This document shows positions 25,824 through 39,933 of a stretch of 64,000 nucleotides of DNA, one piece after another; the stretch's first letter is position 1, and every line of letters begins with the position of its first letter. Source of the DNA: Hyphochytrium catenoides. Taxonomy: Eukaryota > Protista > Hyphochytriomycota. A program made the position numbers and the translations under genes. Location of the stretch: assembly GCA_900088475.1 (NCBI GenBank), contig FLMG01003675.1:56028-120027 (forward strand), read 5' to 3'. The notes below the pieces were generated by a model. That model was not told the origin of the DNA. It was given only the letters and a program-made list of their open reading frames with translations, and searched no databases.

Positions 25824-28800
25824 ATGTCTGGCAGGCACGCAAGATACTACGCCGGTGCATTACTCCTCTTACTTTTGAAAATAGCACATGGTAAGAAGGC
25901 TATTGGCTCAATTGGACACCCACATCTTAGTCTAACATAACTGCTGGCAAAGTGGACTGTTGGAGGAACTGGACTAGTACCAAGGGCCCCGGTGCTCGTA
26001 GAGGCCACACTATTGCTGCTTGGGGCACCAAAGTCCTCCTTTTTGGCGGACGAGGAGATGACACTCTTCGAACCCACGACCCTAAGACATTTGAGATTCA
26101 AGAGATCGATGGAACTTGGTCTTTTAAGTCCTATGAAACTGCTTCCGGTAGGTGTTCGTGACTGTGTCACTACCCGGTCAAAGCTTAACCCCTCCCAGTT
26201 ATTTCTTGCAAGGACGCGACAGATTGCAAAGAGAAGCGATCGGTGCCCGTGGCAACGTTTTACAACGACATTTGGCAGTATGAGTTAGGTAGGGACTTGA
26301 CTACGTCTGGGAGTTCACCAGTACTGTTCTCACATCTCCCGCCTAGCATGCTTCAGATATTCCGACGAGCCCTGTGTTGATAGGCAATGGACCGTTGTTG
26401 ACCCAGGGCAACGGCTTGGGGGTTGCAAGATGTATATGGGGGCGTCTATTTGTACGCATCCAGCGGAACGCTATCTACACGGCGCCAGCATCTACCAGAA
26501 TAAGATGTTTGTTTACGGAGGATATAGTAAACAATGTTCAGACTATTGTGATGATCTTTGGTATGCTTATTTCTCATTGCCTTTGCTAGAGGCTTGGCAC
26601 TAACCGCTTCTATAGGATGTTTGATCTGATCACTAACAAGTGGACAGAGCTCCGAACCCAAGGTGAGCTGTCTCATGGGACGTATCCAGGCAAACGTTTC
26701 CGCTTTTCTACGGTGTACGATAAGGAGAATATGTACATCTTTGGGGGATATCGACTGTGGCATGGCTTCAGCGTATATAATAGGTAAGTAAGTTCTTCCT
26801 GACATCACTTCTCACAACTCCAGCTAGAAGGTTGCTTTCCCTTCATGATGTAGTGAAAAGAACAACTGGACGGACACCTCAGTATACCCTGAAGGAGGCT
26901 ACCTAAAGGATCTCTGGGTGTACTCTTTCGGTGAGACCTGAGAAGGTTCCCATCTAGAATTGAGCGAGTCCGGAAGCACTGCTAATATACGTCTGACAGC
27001 TAACAACACTTGGGAAGCGGTGACAGCAAAGACTGAATGCTATCTCGATCCTGGTCTGGCTTGGGAAGATCGATTTCGTACGTCTTGTACCACAGCTTGG
27101 CCCAGCGAGCGAGCAGGACATGCTGCGGCCTTAGTGGGAAGAAAACTGTAGGAGGACGCCACTAATGAACACGTCTATGCTTTCGTCTAAGCACTTATGC
27201 TGCAGATACGTACATGGAGGATACCGGACATATCTTCCCTACATCCAATCCAACGGAGCCGGTATGGCACGCCCCTCATCTATGGCGGGTACACATAGCT
27301 CACCACGTTTCTCCGATGGGCAGGCTCGGGAGAGGGGTTACTCGTTAATCTCAGTGCACCGGCTTATCAACCGTTCCCCACTTATCCTTTCTTCCTCGAT
27401 GATCTCTGGGAGTATAATCTGGATACAGGCATATGGAGGGAGCTCAATCCTGTCTCAAGCACCAAGCCGCTACCGCGCCAAGGACACACCATGCTCACAT
27501 CCGATAGGAATCTACTTCTCTTTGGCGGTTACCAGAGCAACTTCTACTACGGAGACTTTTGGCAGTACAACATCTGTAAGTTGTAGACAGCTCTTAAATA
27601 AATGGATCACTGCAAAGTAGATGTCATGCGGTCTCATACCTTTCTCATGTCTTTTCAGCGACCAACTCTTGGTCCGAACAGGGGCAATTTCCTCATCCAA
27701 AGTATCCTCCGAACTGCACTGATGACCTTCAGCAGCGGAGGTTGGAACATAGTGGCCTTTATGCGTGAGTCGAGACTTTGAAAGGCTACCCTTTATCCTG
27801 CCTGATATTAGCTCCAAAATAGGCCTTTCATAGATGTACAAGACCCAAGCAACATCCTCTTGGCTGACAGTGGGAATATTTTTGATCCTGTGCAACACTA
27901 CGGTACCAGAAAGGTGAGTGGTTAGTCTTGCTTTCGCAGTCCAGATATCATCTTCTGACCCCTCTTGCAGTTCTCAGTCTTTGCGGAGCCGACCCGCGGT
28001 CGACCCACGGATGGGGTTGCAGGTCGTGCCTCGGCTCCAGTCTTCATTCCACAGGCTAGAAGGCAAGGCCCTGGCTGGGATGGGTGCAGAGACAGAGTGG
28101 ATGGCCGAACAGGTAGGGTGTTTTCATAACTTCCCTGCTACCTCTTGTTTTGATGCTTCTTATCTTCTCAGATCTACCGCAGACGCTACAATATGAGAAA
28201 CCTCCCCAGCGAGCCTACCACAGTGCTGTCTACTCAAAGGTACGTCAGCCTTAGCTAGTCAAAGATTCAAAATATAACTAACCGAGGGCACCCTACAGGA
28301 CTATGATTTGCTTCTGGTGTATGGAGGCTACGGTAGGGCTCCCCTTCAATTAAATTCAAGGCTAGCGCTGACTCCTTTCCGCAGGCAATAATTACGAGAC
28401 GCTTCCTAGCAGAAACATCACATTTCAAGCCTATACCTTGTCAGACTTTTGGGAGTTTAAGCTAACACAATGCCTTAATAACTGCTCCATGAAAGGAGAC
28501 TGCAGAGCCGGGTACTGCTACTGTTATGATGGTTACTACGGCGAGGATTGCTCGAACAGGTACGCCGACAGGAAGGACTCAACGTAGCGTTCCTTATTCT
28601 TAACATCAAAATCTTTGTTGCAGCACTTGTCCAGGGTCATTTTGCTACTATGACTCAATGACCAAGAAGCAGATCTGTAATCATTGCTGTCAGGCTGGTT
28701 ATACCCATCGAGATAATGACACTTATGTGCTTGGAGTGCAGAAACTTGCCTGCTCGCGAGAGAACCCTGGAACATCCAACGGGGTCTGTGACGGCTTTGG

Positions 28801-29331
28801 CATGTGCCAATGTGCCCCGCCATTCATCACTGCTGACTGTTCAGTGAAAGGTACTGTTACAAAACCCAGGATCCTCAATGGACTCCGTCTAACTCCGCTT
28901 GGTCCGCTCCTTGAACAACGGGGCTGCTCTCATTTGGATAAAAAGACTGCAAAAACAATTGTTCTGGAAACGGCTGGTGCAGCGTCGAGTACCCTGTCTC
29001 ACGGTGCATGTGCAATCCTGGCTACATTGGAGACGCCTGTCAAGACCGTAAGCAAGAAATATGACAGCGTCTTATCGATCTCAGACTGACGGCTCTCTTC
29101 ACAGGCGTCTGTCTCAACAATTGCTCCTACCCCAACGGGCAGTGCGTCAACGGCACATGTTACTGTCAGATGCTGTATAGCCCTTACAATCGTACACGCC
29201 AGTACTACCCCTATATGGGAATAGACTGCTCATTTATAATCCCTTATGCAGGGTCACAGATGCTTGGGGGCCTCACCGCTCTAACTGTCCTGCTTCTAGC
29301 TTCGTTGACAGCACTACTTGCCCCTTGCTAA
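25824..29331 (+). CDS. Cell-surface Kelch beta-propeller + EGF/tenascin-like repeat protein (attractin/teneurin-like architecture) with C-terminal TM or GPI segment; many exons
   Basis: Signal peptide MSGRHARYYAGALLLLLLKIAH. Kelch blades ARRGHT..KVLLFGG, ERYLHGA..MFVYGG, MYIFGG, ERAGHAA..YVHGG, LLFGG. EGF units CLNNCSMKGDCRAGYCYCYDGYYGEDCS, CKNNCSGNGWC, CLNNCSYPNGQC. Hydrophobic tail GLTALTVLLLASLTALLAPC*. Confidence 0.85.
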
Positions 29332-29428
29332 CGTCACTATTCCGGAGCATATGCACTTACAATAACTTATTCCGGTTCTATAAACCGTATATATAATACA
29401 TTCGCTTGCTCTGGCCAACGGCAACCTC

Positions 29429-30999
29429 CTACATAGGTGCTCCTTTGGGGCTAGTTTCCCCCCGCAATGCTCTGAGGTGCTCTGCTACTCTGTGATATTG
29501 CTCTTCGGAAATAACCTCTACCTAGTTATAGGAGCGATGAAAGAGACTCAATAAAAGAGACTCGGGAAGACAAGATTGAATTTGAAGTTGAACATGAAGG
29601 GGTGTGAAGAACGGGATAGCCGCACAGTAAGCGCTCCCCCTTCTTCGAACTAAAGCCATCATAAGCGCCAGTGGCAAGACACAACCTTACGTGTGCGAGT
29701 GGCAGCGTTTCTTTGAGAGTTCCTCTAAGCCTTAACGTGGTAACCTCAACGGAGTCTTTAGTTAGCAATAGACGCATGACTCTAGCCACCGGGAAAAGCT
29801 CATGCTTTTTGAGGCTATGGAGCTCTGCCAAGTCACACCAGGTAAGACGGACAGCCTGATTCTCCTATAAAAGCAGACGAGAAGAGAACTCCATTAGCTA
29901 CTGTGAGGACATTGGCTTATGGGGACTACTTACCAGTGCAAGGTCGCCTACGTGAGGTCTATTCAGCATTGGAACCTGAAGCTTAGCTCTAGATGACAAC
30001 CAAGGAATCCAGACCGATGATTCTTCCGAAGAACCGTGAGGAATGATTTGCACCTTTCCCTCTTCATCACTAACGCTCTTTACTGTCCCAGCGTACCACT
30101 TGTCCCTGTAAGAGTAAGAGACATGATTCCCGACAAGATCCACTAATGAGGAGTGCTCTGAAATGAAGTTCGATCTCTGCGGAAGTGTCTGGCAAAGGGC
30201 TGAAAGATGCTCCTGTGCAATAGGAGGATGACCCGTCTCTGGAAAGCTCTTATCAGGGAGTGGCTGTGCGTTGGAAGACGTTCTTGCCCGTTGCTCTTGT
30301 TCTATCGCTTCTTCCTCCGTCTGACAGTGATTAACATATGGACGCCTCTTGATGCTAACACCAGATATGTACTGCCTCTTCTCTCTGTCATCGAGATCTG
30401 AGTAGCCTGCATGCCGTACAGCGTCCGCGAGACCGACCTCCAAGAAGTCTCCGTCTAGACTCTCAAGGCTCATCTTCGCGAAGTCCCCTTTCGACACCAT
30501 TCTAGGAGTTGTTGAGTAAACCAGTCTACACGTCCACCGAGCCTTTCCCTAAGACTTGAAGGGCTGAAATGACCGCGGTTTATAGGACAACAATAATGAG
30601 ACGACATGTGCTTCCTGCTGTAGATCCACCTCTTTTCCGCCATTGCCATTGATGGCTGGGGTCGCTTGTGGAGTCTCCTGGTTGTACGAAGGCTCTGAAC
30701 TCCGGTAACCATACTGCATGAGCCCTGATCCCTGATCAAATCTGAGTGACTCTTGCTGACCTGATCAGCCCAGAACAAGGGGACATAGGGGAATCCTTGA
30801 GAAGCACACTTCCCCAAACTCTGGCCGCACTTCGTTGACTTGACGAAAAGCAGTCCAACGTGGTCCGTTTCGCATCACATTCAGTAACTGAATTTTGATT
30901 ATCTGACAGAAGCGTGTTGAGGTAACCTTGCACTTTGAGGCGTCCGTCCTCGCCCTTCCTCCTTCCCTCCTCCTGCTCCTTTTGAAATCGCGCCATCAT
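29429..30999 (-). CDS. Hypothetical multi-exon protein with Tudor/Agenet-like domain
   Basis: Spliceable exons include VGNHVSYSYRDKWYAGTVKSVSDEEGKVQIIPHGSSEESSVWIP (Tudor-like W-Y-x-G-x-V), followed by a second beta-rich segment and last exon VEVISEEQY...PM*. The 5' exons and start are uncertain. Confidence 0.55.
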
Positions 31000-31421
31000 C
31001 GAGTTCCTACGAATGTTGATCACTCATCTGCAGCTTATCGGGAGGCATCTGCACCTTTACGATGCTGTTCTTGGCTCTACTTGGCTATGTTACTTTCCTG
31101 TCCGCGCTGCTCCTCCACGGTCTCACGTAGGACTCAATGCTCCTGCTCTCTTGATAAAGAGAGCGTTTGGCTTCCTTTGCACGCGTTCTAACTGATCTTG
31201 CGGGGCTTTGCATACAGGCACCTTTAAAGGCAGGGGGGGATTTTATCTTTATGGGTGGCCATCTGAGGCAAGATGGGGCGAGGCATAATAGAAGTAAAAC
31301 ATGAGGCGCGGTGCCAGCGCGACCTAAGTTAGCTATTTTGGCGGATGGCAAAAGTCGGAGCAAAGGCTTTTGATCGAGGACTAGAGGTGGCTGATAACAA
31401 GAAGTCCATCTGCATCAGAGG

Positions 31422-34400
31422 ATGACGGTGGCCTGGTCTTCCCCAATGGAGTTTGTGGTCCAGAATCGCGTGGACAGATATCTCGAATTGAGTTTGTTAG
31501 ATGACGCAACCTTTTTAAGTGAGCTCCTTTTTAATGAGGTGAGGGAGATTGTAGGATGTCAGCGCTCAGTCTGCTGGGTAATAGCTTACCAGAGCTTTAG
31601 TTTCCTTCCGACAGAAACCTCTACGCCCTCGCGAAATGTTACTATCATCAGGGTAAACCCCAAAAGGTTATACAGAGCTTGGAGGGTTGTACTCTACCGG
31701 AGCAATCCTATTTATACAGCTTATGCTGCTATCAGACAGGGAAGCTGATAGAGGCGGAGAAGGCGCTACTCGGGAATCAGCGGTAACTACATCCAGCCAT
31801 ATCTTGTACAATAGTAACGTGATTAAGGTGCCCCTTTCAGAGGAACGGATTTCGAGCAACTTAAGAATGCCATCTTAAAGGACGAGGGGCTTATCCCCGG
31901 CGGCTCAGCTGGAATCCACCTCCTGGGTCTCGTTGCTACAAAAGCAGGAAAGATCAAACAGGCGGTAGAGTACTTCTCTTTAAGGTACACTTGTGTTAGC
32001 TNNNNNNNNNNNNNNNNNNNNNNNNNNNNNNNNNNNNNNNNNNNNNNNNNNNNNNNNNNNNNTTGGATCCGTTCCTTTGGTCGTCCTACGAAATGCTGTG
32101 CAAGTTAGGAGCGGCGAAAGACTCATCCGACTTCTTCCAGCTGAAGCCCCATCATCGTGGTAAGAAAATATCTTGCCCTGAGCAAACTGCGACTGCTAAT
32201 AAATGCAATATTCCCAGACCAGCTACAGCTTAGTGTACATCAGAGTGCACGAGAGGAATCTAGAGATAGCTGTTCGCAGGCCTCTGGACGAGGGAAGCAG
32301 TCAGGCAGTGCAGCACCCCATACTCCTGGATATGTGCTCGCTGGAGGGTCTTCATCTCACGTGACGAACACCCCGTTTGGTCTTGCAACTCCTTCGACTG
32401 CCAGAACCCCTTTCGTGGTGCCAATGGCTTCAACCTCGACCAATCCGTTTGTCTCTCCAATTCCTGCTGCTTCCAATGTACGTTTCCATCCTGCCATTTT
32501 GACCCATCAGAGTTCTTACACTACTAATCCTTTCTTGTCTTTCGAACTTGGTGAAAAGCTGCCCCTCACGCCGATTACAAGCGCCGAACGATACCGAAAG
32601 AATCGTCTTTTTCAGACACCTGCGGACATGGAGGAGAACCATAAAGTAACTGGACCGCTCACTCCCGAAGTCCGAGCCACCGAACAACCAGCTATTGGCA
32701 GGGAACGGAAAAAGGTGTGCTACTATCTTAGGGGAAATAGGCCAGTACGGTTTGTGACTACATGCACTCCACTGCTCAATAGGCCGCCGTACGACTATTC
32801 TCTCCGCACCAGGCTGGCGAAGCCCCAAAGGCAAGTTCTCTTGGAGCTTCTCCGCACCCTCGCTTATGAGTACTAAATTTTGCCCTTTGATTTCTCCAGT
32901 TGAAGCGAGGTGGTTCTCGGCTTTCATTCTCCTCTCCTGCTGAGAAGCCTCTAAGACAGAATAAGGTAAGTCTCGGACGACCACTTTGATAAGGATAAAG
33001 TCCTTCCACTAAGCTTGAGAGGTATAGGCTCCTGAAAATGTCGCACCGTCACGCTCAATGAAACCACCTCGGAGGTGGGTGCACTCTGTTCTGACCTCGC
33101 TATAAGAGTTGGATACCTCGCCCATCCCGTTACTGACTTCTCAGAGAAGCCTGTAGCTCGCACAACCCGTCTTTCTCTCTATTCTCTGTTCATAGTCGAC
33201 CTTACCTTTGCGTATGGGCTCGTGATACTAACAGCTAACCATAGAAAAACAGAGCCTGAACATACCAATATCGTCAAACCTATCTTAGAAGAGCCATCCT
33301 CGCCAACACAGCTCCCTCAAGTTCTGATGCCTGATTTGGAATCAGGGGCAAAGGTGGGTCTCTTATCTTGCAGGTCTGGGCTTCGTTGGCTCAACTCTGA
33401 ATGGGCAGGATCTCTTGAGGTTGCTGTCGATGCTTGGAAGCGCCTATCGCCTCCTGTCACAGGTGTGTTTTAGAAGAGACCGGAGCAGTGGAAAGGGAAT
33501 CAAACTGGCTTAGCAACACGAACGAGTGAAGGTAGTGTCTATGAGGGAAACTAAAAGATGGAGAAAGGGGAAGAGAATATCGGAGTGCACATTAATGCCA
33601 TGTTCTACTGTAAATAGTTCGACCTGCAACAAGCACTGGTTGCCTTCAGAAAGCTACCTGAGCTGCAATACCAAGCACCCTGGGTACAGCAACAGCTTGG
33701 TAGGATCTACTTTGAAATGGCAGACTATAAACAGGTGAGCTAGCAGAGCCCCAGAGGTTTATTGTTCTAAAATAGTGGTGCCCGCTTTGGCATAGAAGGG
33801 AATACAAGACAAAGTGATAAAAGGAGCAATGTTGAACTTAGTGCCAGGTGCGGGGCCAAAGCCATGTGCTGAAATGCTTGACAGGCAAAGAAAGCTTTCC
33901 AAAGCATGCGTAAACTTCAACCTTATCGCGTTGAAGGGTTAGACGTGTATTCGTCTGTTCTCTGGCATCTCAAACTTGAAGTGGACCTCAGCTTCTTAGC
34001 GCAAGAGGTATAAGTCATCCCTCGATCCCCTCATGGCTGTGTAGTACCTTACTGCCTGACCCTATCTTTGCCTTCTGATGTGAAGATGAACGACCTAGAT
34101 CCGCTGTCGCCTGAGTGCTGGGTTGCTCTTGGTAACTGCTTTAGCTTGCAAAAGGACCATGAGACGGCCCTCAAGTTTTTCAAGAGGGTAGGTCCCTTTG
34201 TCAATTCGTCATTGCTGCAGTCGTAACATGCTCTCCTCAAGGCCCTTCAAATTGATCCTACCTTCACCTATGCCCATACTTTGTGTGGCCATGAGTACGC
34301 CGCCAATGAGGACTTTGACAAGGCTATAGCAAGCTATAGGCACGCATTAAGGACTGATAGACGACATTACAACGCCTGGTAGGCAATCATGTGCAGGGCA

Positions 34401-35081
34401 TCATGCAAAGGATTTTTGACGGGAGACCACAGGTTTGGCTTGGGAACCATCTACTATCGGCAGGAGAAATATGAGATAGCGGAATATCACTTCCGGCGCG
34501 CTGTTGAGATCAATAAGCAGAGCTCTGTCCTCTATTGCTATCTTGGCATGGTATGGCTTGAGTGCAATTGAGGCTTAAGGATGACTAACTTTGCAGTCTC
34601 ACACTCTCCAGGTTCTCCATGCTCAGAGCAGATTTTATGAGGCACTCTCTGTCTTGCAGTTTGCAGCCAAAATGCACGACAAAAATCCTCAAGTCCGCTT
34701 CCAAATAGCGACTGTCCTAATGTCGCTTGAAAAATATGAGGAGGTAAGCCGCATATCTCATGGGTTGAGCACGACCATTGAACCCTATCCCACTTTTAGG
34801 CCTATTCGGAACTCACTGCTGTGAGAGAGAGTGCCCCCCGAGAAGCGACTGTACATTTCTTGATGGGGAGGATTAGCAAAAGGACGGTACGTACTAATAG
34901 CCCATCATACCGTCGCGTTGGCCAGCGCCTCATTTTGTTCGTCCTTTCCTAGGGTCATGTTGAGCAGGCAATGCGGCATTACATGACGGCTTTGGATTTG
35001 AACCCGAAGGACAACAACATGATAAAAGCCGCCATTGAGAGACTGGACGAACCAGACGTAGATGATGATGAGAACTTCTGA
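31422..35081 (+). CDS. CDC27: Anaphase-promoting complex subunit CDC27/APC3 (TPR protein), multi-exon
   Basis: LDDATFLSELL, LDPFLWSSYEMLCKLG, TP-rich linker, PYRVEGLDVYSSVLWHL, PECWVALGNCFSLQKDHETALKFFKRALQIDPTFTYAHTLCGHEY, RHYNAWFGLGTIYYRQEKY; TGA at 35079-35081. Confidence 0.95.
32002..32062. other. Assembly gap (61 N) inside a CDC27 intron/acceptor
   Basis: Run of n characters. Confidence 0.99.
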
Positions 35082-35851
35082 TATGCGTAGCTTACCCTCC
35101 ACGGTAGGCCAATGTGAAATAAAAGCCACTGAAACTCTTGGTCTAGTGAGCCATTGTCACTACATGTTTACCCTTCCGGTTTCGTCGGGGCCAGCAGGAT
35201 GACCCAATGACTACGGCTTTGCAGGCTGCAGATTGTCTCAAATGAAGTCGGGCCTCTGCACTTCTATCCTTGCCTCCCGACAAGTGTATCTGGCCTGGGA
35301 GGCCAGGGTCACAGTCTCGGATCATTGATCGTCTCCAAAAGCAATGACGTCCCACTCCTTGGTCCCTACAGTATAAGAAGCCATACACTTGGGGATTATT
35401 GGTTAAAAGGAGAGAAATGGGTGATTGTAACGGCTATATCCCAGATTATACCCGCCGTTTGCCTGGTAATTACCGCTTTAGCCTAGCAAACATCGTTTCG
35501 CGGCTGCTCAAAATCTTTCTTTGAGAAGGATGACGAATCACTTTCGATTGACATCTTTGACAGAAGTGAACGGCGGCACGCCTTGTTCATGAGATAATCC
35601 CTTTCTGTCGGTCATCCGCACTATGTCGCTCGCTTTCTCTCTTCAACACGATCCTCTGGCAACTGTTCAAAGTGAGGATCGCGCACAGGGGATCCGGTCG
35701 GCATGTCTATGATAGGAGAACAGATTGGATGAATGGAGATGTCCCTGAAGCAAAGGGGGATGGCTTTCCACTTTGCGTTACTCTTTGTAAGTTGGGATGC
35801 TGAGACATTGTAGGAGTTGCGCCTCGCGAATAAGTCGCCGCTCCATTGCGC

Positions 35852-38800
35852 ATGATGCATTTGCGGTCAGGTGGGTTGGGGAATGATATACCGGCCCCAC
35901 TGCGCGAGTACCATATCCTGGACAAGATCGGAGAAGGCTCCTTTGGCCAAGTCTACAAAGGAAGAAAACGCTTCAGTAGCCAAGTAGTGGCTTTGAAGTT
36001 CATCTCCAAGGACAGGAAGAGTACCAAGGACCTGTTGTCCCTGCGTAAGGAGATTGAGATCCACAGGAACCTCAGACATGAGAACGTGATTCTCATGCTT
36101 GATGCCTTTGAAACAGAAAGGGAGTTCTGCGTTGTTATAGAATATGGGCAAGGAGAGCTCTTTCAGATACTGGAGAATGACAGGAAGCTCCCGGAAAGCG
36201 AAGTCAGAAAGATTGGCAAGCAACTGGTACACGCGCTCCACTACTTGCACTCCAACAACATCGTTCACAGAGACCTTAAGCCGCAGAATATCCTGATCGG
36301 GGCTCGAGGAACCATAAAAATATGTGATTTCGGTTTTGCCAGAGCAATGTCCTCTCAGACCTCTGTCCTCACATCGGTTAAAGGGACGCCTCTGTACATG
36401 GCCCCGGAACTAGTAAAGGAGCAGAACTATAACCATAGGGCTGATCTCTGGTCTTTGGGCGTCATCCTCTACGAGCTGGCAGTAGGACGGCCGCCGTTCT
36501 ACACCAACAACATCTTTTCGCTCATTGAACTTATAGTCAACCGCACTGTCAACTACCCCGATTCGTTGTCGCCGACTTTTGTGCACTTTCTACAGGGTCT
36601 ACTGCAGAAGGATCCGGACCGCCGCCTATCTTGGCCTCAGTTGCTGGAGCACCCTTTCGTAGTAGAGACGGCTGAGGAAGCACAAGCCAGGGCAGAGAGG
36701 ATGGGTGCGGTTCCACCTTTCTCTCGCTTTGACCTTGTAAATGCCGTGCCCTTCACTTCATCCAGCATACCTTCTGCAGTGGCACCCAAGGCTTGGACAA
36801 GCCCCAGTAAGCTTACTACAATACCTGAGCCTCCGAGGCTAGTCAATGGTTTGCCTAAAGGGGAAAGAGGTGTAATCAGTGGGGATATACCTAAGTGGCC
36901 GCTCTGGGAGAAGTGGTTCCGTATCGCTAAGAAGAAAGCCTGGGAAATTGTGGAGGATGGCACATTCTGGCCACATGTCCGGCGAGTGATCTCCAGTGAC
37001 CTCTTGAGTCCTGAGAGCAGAGAGGAGATAGCGCTGGCGGTTAACACAATCAATCGTACTCTGAAAGGACTCGGATCAGGTAGACCTCCTATCTCTTTCC
37101 TGCTTCGACATGGCCTCTCACTAGCTTCGTCTTGTATGTTTCCTTTCTTTCTCTACTTGGATGCTGGCTGCTATTGGACTACTTCGGCTCACCTTATCAA
37201 GGCATCGAGATATGGAAGTGCTTCAGCCTGCTAATACATCTTGCTATGGGCAGATGAACATACTGGACTATCGTCAGCACAACGCAACCATTTTTTTGTG
37301 ACATGCAGAGAGCTTTATGGCCAATTTCTTGAGATCCTTGCCTCCTGTCTTAAAGTGGNNNNNNNNNNNNNNNNNNNNNNNNNNNNNNNNNNNNNNNNNN
37401 NNNNNNNNNNNNNCCCGCTGCTACTCTGAAGGGAGTCCTAGAATATGGCCAGGACCCAAGCAAGAAGTTACAGATCCGTGGAATAAAGTGGCTCATCGCA
37501 CTCGTCGACTTTCCAATCTCTCCAAAGGAGTTGTTTGGGCAAATCAGCGCCCATGGGCTGGCCTCGATACTCTGTGGGTATATTAGCTCTTGCGACATAT
37601 CTCTCATCGACATGGATGACTTTTTGTACGACCGAGAGGCCATCCCACCACCTTGCCGCCTTCTGACTTGGGCAATCAAAGGTCTAGGGCATTTGGTGGA
37701 TCCCCTAGGGCCAGTATGGGATGTAAACTATCCGTTTCCGCTGATCAAAGCCAAGGCGGCCGAAGGAGATGACGGAAATGCTCTTAATGGGCAAGCTAGT
37801 GGAAGCGGCACGCGAGCGATGGAAACCGGAACCTTAGAGTCGAGGCTGGAAGAGATGTTTTATCTTCGCCTCTCTAGTCCGCGCGATATGGCGCAGACTT
37901 TAAACAGATCAGCTGGGTGGGACGTCCTATTCTTTCTCTTTCAGAGTTTTGCGCGGTATGCCGTGGGCTTGCAGACCCAGAGCTTCGAAGCAGAGAAGGA
38001 CGAGAATGCGCCTAATTCTGTGCAGGCTCATGTCATCAAAATTATACTTCGTTGTCTCCATGTCTCAGAGACAACGGCAAGAAAGTTTATGCAATCCGAG
38101 GGATTCTCGAGAGCTTTTGGAGGTTGGGACGATGGAAAAAGAATTACACCGAACCTTGCTGCTGCAGTAGCGCTCATGAAGGGACGTGTCCCTCTTCTTT
38201 CTGTTACTTCGCAATCCCACATCCTGGAAATAGTGTCAATTCTCATCCGCAGAGCACTTCTATCTGGGGATGAGATCATGATCTGCCTCTCTCACGCTGC
38301 TGAGAGTGTCAAAAATACGAACGATATCCGAATCTGTGGCGCTGGAGCAGGCATCATGACAGAGGTCTTAGGGCTCATTCTTGGGGAGAAGAAGAGCATC
38401 GACTGGCTGAATCAGGCATCAATTGGACAGATCTTGGATCTGATAATTACGGAGAGCATGCAGGAATCTCTTTCTAGGCTTATCTCCATAAGGTTCGGAG
38501 AGCCTTCTGAAATTCAAGCTCGTAGGTACAGCGCCACGTTTGGGGTTCGCGTGAGAGGGATCGTCGATGAGGCCATTCTGCTTCTCCTACGACTATTGAA
38601 TGTTATTTGGGTTTATGGAAGTCTGGAGAAGTTTTACCATTGGTTCTTCAACAACGGATTATGGCCAGCCATCACACAGCAGTTGGCCTCAAATGGTGGC
38701 GCGGCTTCACCTCGAGCACTTTGGAATATGCTCCGGATAGTGAAAATAATCTTCAGCGAGGATTTCCAGGCCCCGTTGGAGCTGATGCTCAGATCAGATA

Positions 38801-39933
38801 AATTGATTCAGTCTGTCTGTCTACTCCTCCGCCCTGCTCATATCAGCATCCTATATCGATGGCCCGAGCCATTGGGAGGACGGAAGAGGGCGCTCGTTGT
38901 GCTTGTCCAGACTCTGGCAGAGATTATTGAGCTACCTATAAGGAGGGAGGCAGACGAAAGGCTCCTAATGGAGTTTCAGGCTATCTATCTCGACTGTGAC
39001 ATTGTGGGAAACTTCGTAAGAGCTTTACAGCTGGACGCTACGGACTCAGCTTCTTGGTTTTCGGTGGAAGAGGCAGAACTTCCAATCCAGGTCGTGACTC
39101 GGCTCCTCCTTTTGTCAGCAGAACGATTTGGTCAGCAATTTCTTGAGGCGGAAGGGATAAGAATGATGAAGGAGCTACACCTTCTACACTGGCAATCCCC
39201 ACACAATCTGCTTGTCAACGCGCTGTCCATTTTGTGTCAGGTGGCCCGGACTTCCCCTCAAGCATATCGAAACATTAGGGATTTAGACTTCAAGTCGGAA
39301 TTGTTCAGCCTGCTGGTGCATTCAGAGGCCTCTGTCGTGGCCGGGAAGATCTGCCACTTGGTGGGCTTGTTGTGCAAGCATTCGGCAATGTTCTATGAGC
39401 AGCTAGTGGAGCCAATGAAGGACGCGTCTGAGGACCCTCCCGTCATGAAGACCTTGTTGGACAAGATTATTGAGTGCTTTTGGGATGGCCAACCCATAAC
39501 CCGCAAATTTGCGTGCTTTGCCATAGGCAATGCTTCTTTCCATAACGCGTTTCTTTACGAGCAGCTCGAGCCAGCGATCCCATTTTTGGTGAGCGCATTG
39601 ACGGACCCGGACGAGCGGACGAGATCGAATGCTGCAGGGGCCCTTGGCAATCTAGTAAGGCACTCCGACGTTCTATGCGGTGCATTAGCTAGGGAAAGGG
39701 CTCCGGCGCAATTACTCCTACTCTCTCTTCAAGATACGGCGATCAGGACACAGAGAATTGCCCTTTTTGCGCTAGGAAATCTATGTGTCTACCAGCGATG
39801 TAGAGAGTCCTTGTCCATGGTTGGACCGGACTGGGGAGAAAGGCTTCAGAGACTGGCGCAGCCTGTGAACGATCCTGAATGTTCGAGGAATATTGCGAGG
39901 CTCTTTCACAAGCTCCAACAACCAGCGCTATGA
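35852..39933 (+). CDS. STK36: Fused-family Ser/Thr kinase (STK36/TIO) with C-terminal ARM/HEAT repeats
   Basis: [93 protein letters not shown]-terminal [20 protein letters not shown] and [21 protein letters not shown] intron at ~37080-37253 removes the TAA at 37232; the gene spans the N-gap. Confidence 0.93.
37359..37413. other. Assembly gap (55 N) inside STK36
   Basis: Run of n characters. The reading frames either side differ, so the gap size is inexact or hides an intron. Confidence 0.99.

Noticed and set aside
37232-37234. In-frame TAA apparently truncating STK36 (possible pseudogene or readthrough)
   Set aside because: It lies inside a GT-AG intron (~37080-37253) and overlaps its CTAAT branch motif; splicing restores the frame.
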